The notes under the pieces: model-generated | The model's database searches: none | Told to the model about the DNA's origin: nothing | What the model saw: only the letters and a program-made list of their open reading frames with translations | Program-made: the position numbers and the translations under genes | Shown here: positions 48,346-61,820 of the stretch, one piece after another | Layout of the letters: each line of letters begins with the position of its first letter | Position numbering within the stretch: the first letter of the stretch is position 1 | Source: Fimicolochytrium jonesii | Taxonomy: Eukaryota | Reading direction: 5' to 3' | NCBI RefSeq assembly: GCF_025526975.1 | Contig: NW_026515676.1 | Coordinates: 186,001-250,000 of the forward strand | DNA: 64,000 nucleotides

Positions 48346-48857
48346 GACGCCCTCGCCGCTTCGGACAGGTGGCGAGGCGAATCGGTTCAGCGCGGTGGTC
48401 GGCCGCACCCCGGATCCTTTCGGGTCCTGGTCATGCAGGCGGTGTCATTCTCGTTTGGTATCAGCGGCGAGTGTGCACTCTGGAACGGATGTTGTGTATG
48501 GCGGGCAGGGGCCGGTCATCGACCCTGCTGCACACGAAGGGGTGGGAACAGGGTGTGGCTGCACCAACGTTTTGGGTAGAAACGTATCGGGACCAGTGAA
48601 CGCAAAAGCCAACGACCGGGTGCCGTCAATGTGCGTACATACATAGTAGTTACTTCGCGAGGAAGGTGGGTTACCTCGCGAGGATTCTAACCCGTTACTT
48701 GTGCGTCTTGCGTGGTTCACGCGCGGGCAAGTGACAAATGCGCCGTCCTCCCAGGGAAGTTCCGACTCCCAACTTTTCCCCAAAACCTTGACATTCCGAC
48801 CCTTCCTACACAGACAACCAACCCTCTTCTCCTACCACCTCACCAACCCACAACACA

Positions 48858-49653
48858 ATGTCCTGGCGCCAACTAGTCCACAATCAACTCGTCGACGCAC
48901 TCGCAAACAACAAGGCGTTTCAGAAAATAGCGGTGACTACTACGCATAGGTTTAATGAGCTTAGCGGGAAAGGTTGGTATGAATGATGCGGAACGTGGAG
49001 ACGGAGGTGGGGAGGGGGTGGGGAGGGGGTGCGGGGAAGGAAGGAACGGTGTGAGGGAAGGGGTACTGGAGGAGGAGGGGATATTGGATGCTGGGGAATG
49101 GGTAGGGATCGCGGCGAGGTTTGACCGAGGGTTGGAATGGGACAGGTTGGCTGAGCACGTTCTACGGGGGTGAGACGGAAGGGCGGCAGCCAGGAATGAG
49201 GTGGGAAACTTATGCTTGGAGTCTCCACGCACGGACTCGGCCGAATTGTCTGAGCAACCCTTGGACTTGGCCCAGGATGTTTTCAAACACTACACCTTCC
49301 ATTTTCGGCCACCCCCTTACTTACATACTCCCTCCTTCACACAACCAGGCGCCCAAAAAGCAACCCAAATCCAACAAGAGGTCGCCAACCCGGAACAGCT
49401 GGAACAGGCCAAGGAGAAAATGATCATTGTAAGTCTCCCTCAACCAATCTCATCAACCATTCGTTCCTACTCAACTCTCTTCTCTCTTTCTCTGTGGATC
49501 TAGTTCATGGAAGAGTTCCGAAAGGTATGGATTCGAAATTTGAGAGTGGGAAGAATGAAGGAGGATGATTGGCGTGACTTCCACTGACTGTTTTTTTTTG
49601 TGGTATAGGAAATTGGGGAAGGCATCGATAGGAGTTTTGGGCGGAAGAACTGA
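48858..49653 (+). CDS. Small (~87 aa) 4-exon protein, possibly NCBP2-AS2/Mrx7-like
   Basis: MSWRQLVHNQLVDALANNKAFQKIAVTTTHRFNELSGK|GAQKATQIQQEV..KMII|FMEEFRK|EIGEGIDRSFGRKN*; all GT..AG joins are in frame. Confidence 0.65.
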
Positions 49654-50229
49654 GATATCTCCACATTCACACACCCACACACACACACACACACACACCG
49701 GGGAATCCAGTTCCCCCATTACCTCATACCGCCATCCAAACCTCAAATACGGTTCCGTCCTCTACCGGCGACAGTCTGGTCGCCTCCGCATCACTTAAAG
49801 GGCGCCACAAGCTTTCACTGTATATAGTCTTCCTTTACCTCCCCCGGTATCACTTTCCGGTTAATTTAAGTTCTTGTTTGTTGTTCCTGAAGTTTTTCCA
49901 CTGAATATGAGAAGGAAAATGGAGTCTCTATACCCCACCCTCCGGCGTGATTTGCGCTCCATCATCGATTTTAATTTCAATCAAAAAATAGTCGTATTTC
50001 TCTTCCAAATGTATATATCAAATTCTATAAGAGTTCATTCCGCAAAAAAAGGGGGAAAAAAGGGAAAAAGGAACGTAGAGGGTCATATAGGAGGGATGGG
50101 TAGGTCGATGGATCTATGTTGACGCATGTTGGGTGCGGGTAGCACGACAAGGCATCGTGACAGGCGTTCGGGGTGTTGAGGCGCGCATAAGGGTGTTCAG
50201 GGCTAATCGTCAATAGTCAGCCGTCGCAT

Positions 50230-51884
50230 CTACTTTCGTCGCTGGGCGTTGAGCTCGTCGATTTCCTCTTCCAGGGCCTTGACTTGCTTGTGTTGGGTTT
50301 CGAGGTCGCGGTTGAGGCGGTCGCGTTCGGCGATCAACTGTTTGTGTTAGATGGAAGAGGTAGGATGAGCAAGGCCATATGCGAGACTAGTCCATTTGCC
50401 AGGCGATTTGAAGTTGACAAAAACTTACCCTCTGCTCCCATTGCCTGAACCTATTCTCCTCCAGCCTAACCTGCTCCGTGAATCGTTTCCTCAACGCCTC
50501 CTCCTCCTCCTTCATATTCCCCTCCAGCTGCTTACGCGCGCGGGAGGCTGGGTCATCGTCGGTCCGTCCCTCTGAAGCCAGCTTCTCGGCGCGGAAGTTC
50601 TCGTAGTGGGCCTCCTCGGTGCTCGCGATGAGGTCGTGCATGTGCGTGCGGATGAGCAGGTTGCGCAGCTTCTTGAAGTCGCAGTGGGCTTCGTTCTCGA
50701 CTTCGGCGACGCCCCAGAGATATTGGCGACCCCGGACTTTTTCGCCGTTGACGACAACGTCGGATTCGCTGGCGATTACGGAGAAAGGCATCGCGGACTG
50801 TGGAAGATAAGTGTGGTGTCAATTGAAGTGGGCCTATGCTCCCTCCAACTGAAACTGCACGCCAACTTACGAGAATGCTCTGGTTCCGCCTTGTGCTGTC
50901 CTCGTCGTCACTCTGCACAGGTGGGCTGTACACTGCAATGTTATGCGCAGCTAAGCAATCTCGGATCTAAGCGACAAAAAGCCTAGATTAGTGCAAGATT
51001 CCCTACATCTGAATTTATCTTTCAAATGGAGTTGAAAACCTACCCTGTCCTTGAAAACGGCCAGCTCTCCAGGAGTAATAGTGTCGGCCTTTGCAATAAT
51101 GGGGATCAGATTGACTCTGCTTCCGAGCTGCTTCATGACTTCGATATCAAGGGGCTTGAGTCTGCACAACGTTTGTCAGTCCATCACATCCAGCCAATAA
51201 AACCACCACCCAATAAGCCCACAATCCAAGAACGTACGTGTGTCCAGTAGGCTGAATAAAGTACAGGCAAACGTGCACACGCAAGTCATCCTTCTCCCGT
51301 CGTTCAGCCCGACGCTCATGGTGCATGTAGTTGAGGTGCTGCTCGTCAAGGAACTCCACGACAGGAACCCAGCAGTCCTGGTTGTTCACGTAGTCTCCAA
51401 AGCCGGGGGTGTCGATGACGGTCAAGCGCACGTTGAAACCTTTCTCCTCGATCTCTGAATGGGGAGTGGGAACATTCGGTGTATCAGCCGTCGCGTTCCT
51501 GTTCCCTCCAAGCATTCCCAAACGGCCCTTTCCGCCACGCTATACCAACCTGCGCGGACAACATCGATCTGGACGGTACGTTCGAGCTGCTTTTGGAAAC
51601 GGTGTTCCGGTCGTTTGTACTCGCGGAGGAGGGTTGTGAACAACGTGTTGACAAAGGTGGTCTTTCCCAGTCCACTCTCGCCTGTGAAGTAGAGCGGGTG
51701 AGTTCTAACATACTCCCAGAATTCTGCGCTGTCGCACAACAAAGACTTATAGCAAGCCTCTTCCGCCCTGAATATGCATACCGAGGACCATGACGGTGAA
51801 GTTTGCGCCCTTTCGCGAGACGATTTTATGGCGCTGGTTGGGCAGGTTTGCCACACCGATGAGGGGGGCGGCGACGGGAGCCAT
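50230..51884 (-). CDS. CDC12: Septin, Cdc12 group, multi-exon
   Basis: [69 protein letters not shown]. Confidence 0.95.
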
Positions 51885-52156
51885 TGTTGCGCTGGTGTCT
51901 GTGTTCGGTGGGTGGTGGTGGTGGTGGTGTTGTTGTGAGAGTGCGTTTGTGAGTGTGGATCTCCCGGCGACGGAATTGCGCTAATGCCGTGAGTGAAAAC
52001 TTTGCGGCCCGTCGCCGCAGGACCGACGAGAGGGCCGAGAGGAGGACCAACGACCACTTGCGCGTCTCAGTGACTCACTTCAAAGAACGGCCTCAATAAA
52101 TTCCTCCTCCAGATCACGTGAGCCAAACCTGAGCATCACCCCCTTTCCCAAACTCT

Positions 52157-52440
52157 TTAGGGTTTAGGGTTAGGGTTGGTAACACCCGCTTGGTTGAGTA
52201 CAATGGGATGAAGGAGTGGGAAGCGCCGGCTACGTATCCGGGGGGCATGCCTCCTTGATGTTCTCTTATATCTTTCATACCCATTGCCAGCCTCCGCGAA
52301 AGAACGAAGAAAGGGAGAGCGACCATATCCGTACTGTACATTAGTTGTTATGGTACGTAGGTTAGTTACCCCAAAAACTCACCAAGTTTATGTTGCTTAT
52401 TATGGTGTTAAGTGGACGGTAGGGTTATGGTTAGGGTTAG
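52157..52440 (+). repeat. Two short telomere-like TTAGGG clusters (52157-52178 and 52420-52440)
   Basis: tttagggtttagggttagggttgg; tagggttatggttagggttag. Confidence 0.6.
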
Positions 52441-52967
52441 CGTCGTTAGCAATTCCCAATAAAATCTACGCGTTTGGGCCTCGTCCCCCTTGCCCAAACT
52501 CCGCTACTACCTTTAGAAAGGCCTTTGGTTCCCACGCCATCATCTTCCACCACGACGCTCAGGTGATGGAACGTTCTCTCGTGCTGCTGTTCTCTCTTGT
52601 CCTTCCTCCAACGGGGCGCTCTCCTAGTTCGGAAAAGAGTGGTGAGTGCCATCACTTGTGAGAGCACCCGATGACCAGAAGTCATTTGAATTGACAAGTG
52701 ACTTATGGAAACGTGGGAATAAACAGTTTGAGCTGTATTAGAGAGCCCAGCTCAAAGGCAATACCCATAGAATATGTTTATGAAAGCCGTGTGTGCGTTA
52801 CGAAAGCTTTCCCAGATCGCTTAGGGGCGGCAACCAAGATCAACTCGAGCACCGAAAGCTTTGCGGATCCTCTGCCCTAACTTGATTCGTCAGTGCACCT
52901 CCTTCCGTGAAGGGAATTGCTGTCACACCGCTCATTGCGTGTCTTGTCAGACACCGACGACCGTACT

Positions 52968-55061
52968 ATGGACATAGGTTGGACACGATTTTATGTAACC
53001 TGACGTTCTCGTTATCACCCGGCTAATCGCTGACTTTCGCTTCAAAAGACGTAGGAAGCACGACGGCACGGCTCGTCAAATCAAGTCTGTCGTTTCACGA
53101 CAGCGACACAAATTCACATACATCCGTCGCATCAGATCTCGACGACGATGAGGACGATGATGGCTCTCCGGACGAAGCTGATGATGCAGATGAGGAGGAC
53201 GATGAAGACGGGAATGCTGGCGTGTCGAAACGGTTCCGGAAGAAGGAGTTGGAGTTCATGTAAGTGGGCCATCTATGACGGTGTCGCTGTCGACGCGGCC
53301 CTGATTATTGGAGTAATTCCAGGCGCATGAACAAAGCAATGGAAGCCCGTAGTGCAGCTGTCATCAAGATGGCTGAGCAGGTTATGGTACGTTGCTCAGC
53401 AACCTTCGGCTGTCGTTCCAAGTCCTGGAGAACAAATACTTAACACCTTGCTGGGTTCCTTCGCGCAGAAAGAAGGCAAAGAGACCCTCACGAGGCCGAT
53501 GACCGCCCCTGCTGGCGGAAAAGATGCGAGGATTAGCGAGGCGGCGGAGGATAGTGAAGGGTAAGTCCGGATGTGCTGGAGCTACATGCATGCCGCAAAG
53601 TGTGTTGTGAAAGGCCTGAAGTTCTGATGCATGTTGATCAAAGCCCGCATGCCAAGCCCCGGACGGTGTCCAAAGTGCATGGCAAGCCGCGACAGGTAAC
53701 AAACCGGAGGCTTTGGGTTCAGTGGTGTGTTTGCCGATTCTCATCTTGGAACATCAGATTCCATCCCGCCCTCAGACAGCCATTCCCTCTCGGTCAGCCT
53801 TTCAAAGATCATCTGCCGCCACTTCGGCCACGTAAGTATTATCCCGCATGCCACCCGTACGATCATTAGCTCTAATTTTTTTCCTCATCGCCTGATGCAG
53901 TTTGGACGGCAATTCAACACCATCATCTGCAGAAACATATACACCCGCGACTCATAATCCCGCTGGCACACCGAATCCGTCACTCGTCCCTGATCATGAC
54001 GATGAGGTTGGAGGGGAGGCATCGGTGCGCCTTTTGAAGGCTCGCATGGCTGTTATGCAGCAGGACATGGACCGGCTCGTTATACAAAACACATCGAAGG
54101 TACCGAAGCTGACCTCGTAATTCCGAGATTCTCCTTGTATTGGGCATTCGCTAAATCAGTTTTGGATCTTTTAGAACGATACAATAGCAGCGCTCCAACA
54201 ACGGATCAAAACCCTTGAATCCGAGAATGGCAATTTGAGTCGTTCACTGTGGACGACTGATGCGCAACATAGCCGTGTGCAAGCAAAGATGGAGGAGTTT
54301 AAAAAGCGGGCTGAGAATTCCGAAAGCGCCATAGCGAGTCTGAAAAAGGTACATAGTGCGGACTTGCTGTTGATGAGCGTGGCGGTGCGGAACTCGGTTG
54401 ACCGACTCCCCTACCAATGTAGTCTTTGGATGCACAAACAAGGACCCAAAGACAAAAGGAAACGGAGGGCAATGCTAAGGATGTGCGGTGCGTCACTGAT
54501 GGGTTCCGTAGGTGATGGTTGTCAAAACAACGATCCTAAAAGCTTCCCCGACTTCTTAAGACTGAACCGAGCATTAGACGAGATTGAGCGACGCAAGCAG
54601 ATGGCCGCGAAAGCGCAGCAGGAAGCAAAGGTGAGAGAAAACTATGCATCTTACCCACTCGTCGCATCGCTACCTCTCTCCCCAAAGAGCATCGCGGATT
54701 TCTTACCTGTCATTGCCATTCCTTTCAAAGGAGAAACTCGAAGAAAGCCAGCGTACCAATGAGAAACTCCTGCACGACCTGCGCCGGGCCACCAAGCAAA
54801 AGAACGATCTGCTAATGGCGTTCAAGAAACAGGCTGTTCTTTGTGACGTATTGAAACGGCAAAAGGTAAGCACGGAACACATATCGTTCTGACGGGATGT
54901 CCATAGCAATAATGCGGCATGGGTGAGGAGAGTAACGGTGAAACAGTGATTTATTTACCCCTTCCTCTGCTGGTTGACTATAGATCCACATTGAAGCCGC
55001 GAAGCTGCTAGATATTGCCGAGCAGGATTTCATGCGCGCTTTGAACTGGGAGAACTCGTAG
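52968..55061 (+). CDS. TEX9: TEX9-like coiled-coil centriolar/ciliary protein, multi-exon
   Basis: GGEASVRLLKARMAVMQ; KDVR|LNRALDEIE; KQKNDLLMAFKKQAVLCDVLKRQK|IHIEAAKLLDIAEQDFMRALNW. Confidence 0.88.
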
Positions 55062-55564
55062 TCGTATACGAATTCTCCGGACGTATATGCGTTTATGATG
55101 TAGTCCATTGAAATAATTGTAGTCCATTGAAATAATTCTAGAATCATGTTACTGACTTGATTTGGCAACATCATCTCCTGGCAGGGGTATCCGTCTTGGC
55201 TGACGTCAGTCGTTTCTCTCGACGCACAGTGTGCGATTGCTTGATGGAATGATTTGGTCAAAGCTCGCATAAGGCTCTTATCATCATGGTGATTCGCAGC
55301 GTTCTTTGAGGCTCAATGGCATCAGAGTCTGCATCAGAGTAGCTTCCGGGTGCTTTGTTTCACTAATGGATGAGCGAAGAATTTGTCGACGACAAACGAC
55401 TGTACAGTACAACGCAATAATTAAAATTTCGGCACAGGTACGCGATTCATACAAGAAGTTACAAGACCAGAAGGGAGATGTATATCCAAGAAAACATTTC
55501 TATCGCCAAGAGGCAGTGGTGACCCGAAAGCAAGCACATCTACGAGGGGTAAAGGAGAGACAGT

Positions 55565-56830
55565 CTAAAAATCCGCGTCGAGGGTAAATTCCCGTGACTC
55601 CTCGTTCTTCTGCATAACTCCCGCCATCTGGTACTCGCCAACCTTCTTCTCAAAGAAATTCGTCTTGCCCTGCAAGGAGATCAACTCCATAAAGTCAAAG
55701 GGGTTGTCAACACCGTATTCCTTGTCGTAGCCCAAAGCCACGAAGAGCCTGTCCGCGACAAACTCGATGTAGCGCATCATCAGCGTAGCGTTCATGCCGA
55801 TCAGAGCAACGGGTAGGGAGTCTGACAAGAACTCTTGTTCGATCGAAACGGCCTCACGGAGAAGTGCGCGCACTGTTTCGCGCTCCGGCTTGTTGCGGAT
55901 GAGGGAGTATAGGAGACAGGCAAAATCCGTGTGGAGGCCCTCATCGCGCGAGATGAGCTCGTTGGAAAAGGTGAGGCCGGGCATGAGACCGCGCTTCTTC
56001 AACCAGAAAATAGCAGCGAAGGAACCAGAGAAGAAGATTCCTTCTACGGCGGCAAAGGCAACGAGGCGAATGGCAAAGGAGGAAGACGGGTCGGAAATCC
56101 AGCGAAGAGCCCAGTCAGCTTTTTTGCGAATGCACGGAACTAACGAATGAAAACCCGCGTGAGTAAGAGCAGATGGTCTCAAAGAGGAATGAAGCCACGC
56201 GCTTACCGGTCTCCAGAGCGTCAAAAAGGAACTCCTTCTCCTTGGGATCTCTGATGTAGGTGTCAATTAACAGGGAGTACATCTCAGAATGGATGTTCTC
56301 GATCATGATTTGGAACCCATAGAAGCATCGAGCCTCTGCAATCTGCACATCATTCGAGAACCGTTCGACCAAGTTCTCGTTGACGATGCCGTCGGACGCG
56401 GCGAAGAATGCCAGAACTCGAGAGATGAAAAAGCGCTCGTTGTCGGTCAATTTGTGGTCCCAGTCGCGCATATCCTTGGATAGATCGACTTCTTCGGCGG
56501 TCCAGAAGGAAGCTTCGGCCTTCTTGTACATTTGCCACACCTGAAATAGAACAAATGTTGACCAATAAGCGAATGCTCCATCGCTTGAGGCACAGCAAAA
56601 CGAAAACGTACCTCATGGTATTGAATTGGGAACAACACAAATCGGCGCGCGTTAGGGGTCAACAGAGGCTCATTATCCAGATTCGGCGCTGAGATGACTC
56701 CAGACGGTGCCGCAAGCTCGCCTTTGGATGGAACGCGCGCAACATTTGCGACTGTGCTTTGTTCCGCGGTCGGCGACCCAGTTGGGGAAGCAACCGGCGA
56801 CGAGCCGTTTCTTGTGTGTACGTCGACCAT
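55565..56830 (-). CDS. RNR2: Ribonucleotide reductase small subunit, 3 exons
   Basis: [65 protein letters not shown]-terminus. Confidence 0.98.
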
Positions 56831-57363
56831 TGTGAGGGGTGCGAGGACTTTGTGAGAGAACACCGAAGCTTGACTTGCGTTACGGGGAGAGACGCCTGCT
56901 TCCGTTGATGTAAACCGAAAGCGTTCAAAAGGAATTGGAAGTCCGACTGACTGCTGTGCGGATAAAGCGATTGCGGAGTATGCGGAACGTGCGTTGGCTT
57001 TCAAAGAGACTGTGGGATATGGCGATACCGCCGTGCTTTTGCAGAGAGTTCACAGGAGTTGAGCGCGGACTGTGTGCTTGAGTTCTGATTGTGAAAACAG
57101 ATGGCGAGGAAGAAGGAGGGGGTTTGAGTGCGCTGGAAGGGAAGGCAGGAGAGACGGAACGCTTCACCATTTGTCAGTCCGAACAGCCAATCCGTCCGAA
57201 CCCAAACGCCCCTGATTCGTTCCGGTGGCTGTGCATGCCATTCGTAAATGAACTTTCCCGTCAATGGCGCCAATCCCGGATGGGGATGTATTTATACTGT
57301 ATCGCTCGAGTTCTGGTGGGATTTCGTTTCTCGCATCAAATACACCCACCCCGAACACGAAAG

Positions 57364-57991
57364 ATGCCTCCAAAACGAGCCCGCAGGGGCACCGCAAAGG
57401 AGCCCCACTCCGAACCCGCCTCCGACAACGAAGCCGACGGCGACACAGTCCCGCCCGCCGCCAAGACCGTCAAAACAACCCCCGCCGCCACAGTACATGC
57501 CAACGCCGACGCGCAACATACCACCCCGCAGGCGTTCAGCTTGCAGCTGGAAGGGAGGAAGAAGTTGAGTATTTCTCAGGTACATATGTGATGGGGAGGT
57601 GGGAGAGTTGGGAATGTGCAGGGTGGGAATGACTTTGTGTTATATAGTTCAAGGGCAAGACGCTGATTGATATCCGCGAATGTGAGTACTCCGGTTGTCA
57701 TCTTGGGCTCGCCATCGTGGGGTAGACGATCATGACTGATAAACGCTCGAGATCAGATTATCTGGATAAATCGAGCGGGTCGGAGAAGCCCGGGAAGAAA
57801 GGTAAGTATTCCCCAACCTGTTTTATTTGACTCGAGTTGCTAAAAGTTCGGTTGATCGCCGGATGTGACGTGCTAACGTTCTTTCCGCCGAAGGCATAGC
57901 AATCCCGATCGAGTCGTGGGAGATCATCAAGTCGAAGATCGGCGAGATTGACCAGGCGGTTAAGGATTTGGAGGGTGCAGCGGCGGAGTAG
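57364..57991 (+). CDS. SUB1: Transcriptional coactivator PC4/Sub1, 4 exons
   Basis: KKLSISQ|FKGKTLIDIRE|YYLDK..KPGKK|GIAIPIESW. Confidence 0.92.
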
Positions 57992-59389
57992 GGGTTTGCG
58001 GGTGATCCACTGAGGCGCTGGTTGTCGTGTGTTCGGATGGTTGGCAGGTATTGTAGCGCGAGCCGGCGACAGGTGTTAGATATATAGGTGTATGAGTATA
58101 GGGGTCCCGGGCGTAGGTCTAGATTCACTCAGTGCGGCCGTATGATTCCAAAAATGTATATATATGTAAAACACAAACATCGCAATGTTTGCCAGTATCA
58201 TAGCGTCGAACTGTCCGTCCCGTCGGAAAGATCCATCCGACCCCTACAGTAACGACCCAACATCGGCACTACCAAAATTGGCAAAACCACCTGCCACATC
58301 TGCCCCAATGCCTCCCCGCCACCACTCGTGATCGGCTCTACCTTTAGCGTCGACGTCGCCGCGGCCTTCCTCGTCGCCGCCGTACTGCTTGCCCCACTAC
58401 TCCCCCCACCAAAAGGCGGAACATGAGTCGTCTCCGCACACCTCGTCCCATTCCCACCCACCCCATTCAACAACCCCCACAACACCCCAGAATATAATAG
58501 AGTCATTACCACTACACGCCCGATTCAGCCTGCCACCTATCAGACCGATAGGTTGCCCACTTACGCCCGTCAGCCTGCCATCCTGGATAGCAGGCAGACG
58601 ACAAGATTCGCGCTCTATACTTGCTGCTGACTGTTTGCGAAGCTTGACTTACACTCTGAAGTCTTGAATGCCGGTTTGTCGGCAGGCATGTTGTGAATGC
58701 ATAAGATGAAACAGATCCATTGACGTGACAAGTGGCGTAGGTTCAGATCCATCCACTCGTGGGTGCTAGTTGAGAAGAGAAAGCTTTCATCAGCTCTTTC
58801 AAAGCCCGGAGTAGCCAATGTGACAGCACAGACCTGACCTCCGATAGTCTCCACAATCCTTCTCAAAAAAGAACTCTGTAACTTCCAACGCAGAGGTCGG
58901 AACCCCCTCCCCAAAGCGATTACAAACATCAACGCCTTGCTTGGAGGTTTCTTCCGAGCTTATGCGGAAGTAATGCGCGCGCAAATTGAAGAGGGCAGCG
59001 ATGGAACCCCGAGAGCTCAGAAAAAAGAGTGGTAAGGCAAAGGGTCCCCGAAGATAGAGAATGTACATAGGTCCTCTCACAGACCTTAATAAGCCCCAGC
59101 AGGGTGAAGCGTCCACGCTCAAAGGTACAAGAAGAGGGAGAGAACAGCGGAAACCAGAAACGGCCCCAAAGAGCAAGCCATGCGCCAAACCGTGCCGATA
59201 GATACATACCACTGCGGGTAGCCCTTCCCCATCTCAGGGCGATGAAGCGACGTGTTCCCAGGTGTTCGCCGAGAACGCGTCAAGGGCGTCCACTTTCTCA
59301 GAGACTTCCGTTGCCCTGTTTCTCCGCACGGTTCCGCCTCTGCATGCAGCAACCACCCGCAGCCGGACCAGCTCCTTCCTCGTCGCTTC

Positions 59390-59758
59390 ATGTCGCCGGC
59401 GGCCACCGCTCCCCACGCCGCTATCAGACGGACAGGCCTGCAGCGTGACGTCCTCGGTAAGTCCTACTCTCCGTAGCAAAAGAAAGCACACCATTCTCCG
59501 CCCACCCGCGTTCTTGCAGACTCTCGTCGTGACTGAACAACCCCCTCTTCATAAGATCTCTACCGAGCCCTCCACCGCGCCATCCGCCAGAAACCCGAAA
59601 GCGCCCGCTCCCACTTCTACCACCATGTGCAGACGAAATTCAGACAGGACGCCGCGTCCGTGACCGTGAAGGATATCACCACCATCGAGTACCTGCTACG
59701 ACGCGGGAGGAGGCAGTTGGAGGTGCTGAGGAGTGATGCTGTTGTTGACATACATTAG
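59390..59758 (+). CDS. SDHAF1: Succinate dehydrogenase assembly factor 1 (LYR protein, Sdh6), 2 exons
   Basis: RTGLQRDVL|DLYRALHRAIRQKP..FR..KDITTIEYLLRRGRRQLE. Confidence 0.9.
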
Positions 59759-60433
59759 GGAGAAAGCGAGAAGTGGGGCAAAGGAGGAGTGTTATGCTTA
59801 GCTACGTAGGGGTATGGTTTAATTGATGTTTTGGGAGGGAAGGCCGGCTGCAAGAAGGAAGGGGTGTGGATTCACCCAAGTGTACATAGATAGAGGGGCA
59901 AGCAGCATGGAGAAGAGGCGATGATTGAGATTCCACGTACGAGGAAGCTGCTCCTTGACTGCACATCGATTTTCTCGGTGTTTGTGTGTGCCTGCACGGA
60001 GATGGCAAGGGAGGCCGTTGGGGTTGGGTAGTGGGAAGCAAGCCACGACCGTCTGGCGCGGTTTGTCACCGTTCATGTTCAGCGACCAGCTGCATTCTCC
60101 AACTCCTTTTGGGACTCAGCTTGATCTTGAGGGCTTGTTGCATGCAACGGAACTCATAGAACATTCACCGTCTCGTTCGGAGTAGCGCCGATTGCATCGC
60201 GGCGGCGGCAGAACATGCCAAATCAATCCGGAGCTACGGGTAAGACCTCTCCCGTCCAATATGACGACGTCGAACACACACACATCCGTCACATCCTTCA
60301 ACGTAGAACCAGAAAGGAATGTGACAAAAACATATACAATGTTTGCAAAAAAGACCCCCCTTCAACATGTACATGCCTTACGCAAAAACACCCATCCAGC
60401 TACCCAGTCCATCTCCCCCATCTTCTCCCCACC

Positions 60434-61820
60434 TCATCCGTTAACAACAGCCCCACCATTGGGATGCAAAGTCTGCCCACTGATATACGTCGAATCCGGG
60501 CCCGCAAGGAACACATACGACGTCGCAACCTCCGCCGGCTGCCCAGGGCGCTTCAACGGGACCGTCGTCCCGAACGACTTGATGCTGTCCTCCGTCATCG
60601 TTGCCGCGCTGAATTGAAAAGAGGGGAGTGGAGTTAGCCGCCCCCCGCTGAAATCATCCCCGACTGATTCCAACCAGCAAACACTCACATCAAGGGCGTC
60701 CAAATCGGACCGGGCGCCACAGCATTCACACGGATCCCCTTCTCGGCCAGCTGCAACGCCAGCGAGCGTGTGAAGGCCACAATGGCTCCCTTGGTCGACG
60801 TATAGCTACAAGCGAAAATCAACACATGTCAATAAACAACCCTCTCAAACTCAACGCGGGTGTCAACCAACTCACTCGAGAAGCGTAGGATGCCCCTTGT
60901 AGTGATTCACACTCGTCGTGTTGATGATCGCCGACCCAGGCTTCAGGTGCGGCAGCGCGTGCTTGCACAGGAAGAACTGGGAGTAGATGTTGACTTTGAA
61001 GGTTCGGTCGAGCTGCTCACTGTCACATCACCCGTAGTATCAGCAACACATGTTCATCTCATGTGAAGGAGGGGGGGGGGGGGGGTGACATACGCAGAGA
61101 TATCCGCCAAACTCGGCACCTCCTTCTGCGTCGCGGCGTTGTTGACGAGGATCTCGAGGTGTCCGTATTCCTTGATCGTCCGGTCGATAATCTCTTTACA
61201 GTTCTACAACCAAAAAAAAAACAACCCCCATTAGCATCCCCCTCCCAAATCACAGTGCCCGTTGATGTGATTGATTGGTTAACGCACCCCCTCATCCGCA
61301 ACATCCTTCTGAATCAACAAACACCGCCTCCCCTCCGCCTCCACCAGCTTCCTCGTCTCCTGCGCGTCGGACTCCTCCTCGGGGAGGTACACGATCGTCG
61401 AGTCCGCGCCCTCCTTGGCAAAGAGGACCGCAACCGCCCTTCCTAAACCCATCAAAAAGGTTTCAACATCCCCCGCGGGGGAAAACACAACGAACAACGG
61501 TGTGATGAGCAAAACGCACCGATCCCGGAATCACCCCCGGTGATGACAGCCACCTTCCCGCGCAGCTTCTCCGCGCCGCGATACTCCGCGAGCTGCGGCA
61601 CCGCGGCGCCCGTGCCGACCGGGAGGGTGGACGTGTGCGGCTGCGGGTGCAGGTGGGATTGCAGGCCGGGGGAGGGCTGGGTCTAGGCGTGTCGTGACGA
61701 TATAGACGGGTTAGGAGGGGGGGATGAACTTGAGTTGTGATTGCAAATCATGATGGGTTCTTTTTTTGGGTTTACCTGCACGGGGGGCTGCGAGCCCGCT
61801 TTGTACTGCTCTGCCGACAT
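60434..61820 (-). CDS. Short-chain dehydrogenase/reductase (YhdF/YghA-like), multi-exon
   Basis: [77 protein letters not shown]. Confidence 0.93.

Noticed and set aside
49666..49698. (CA)n microsatellite
   Set aside because: Ordinary simple repeat in a 3' flank.
58198..59250. Short ORFs between SUB1 and SDHAF1
   Set aside because: No recognisable motif or consistent splice pattern; cannot be supported as a gene.
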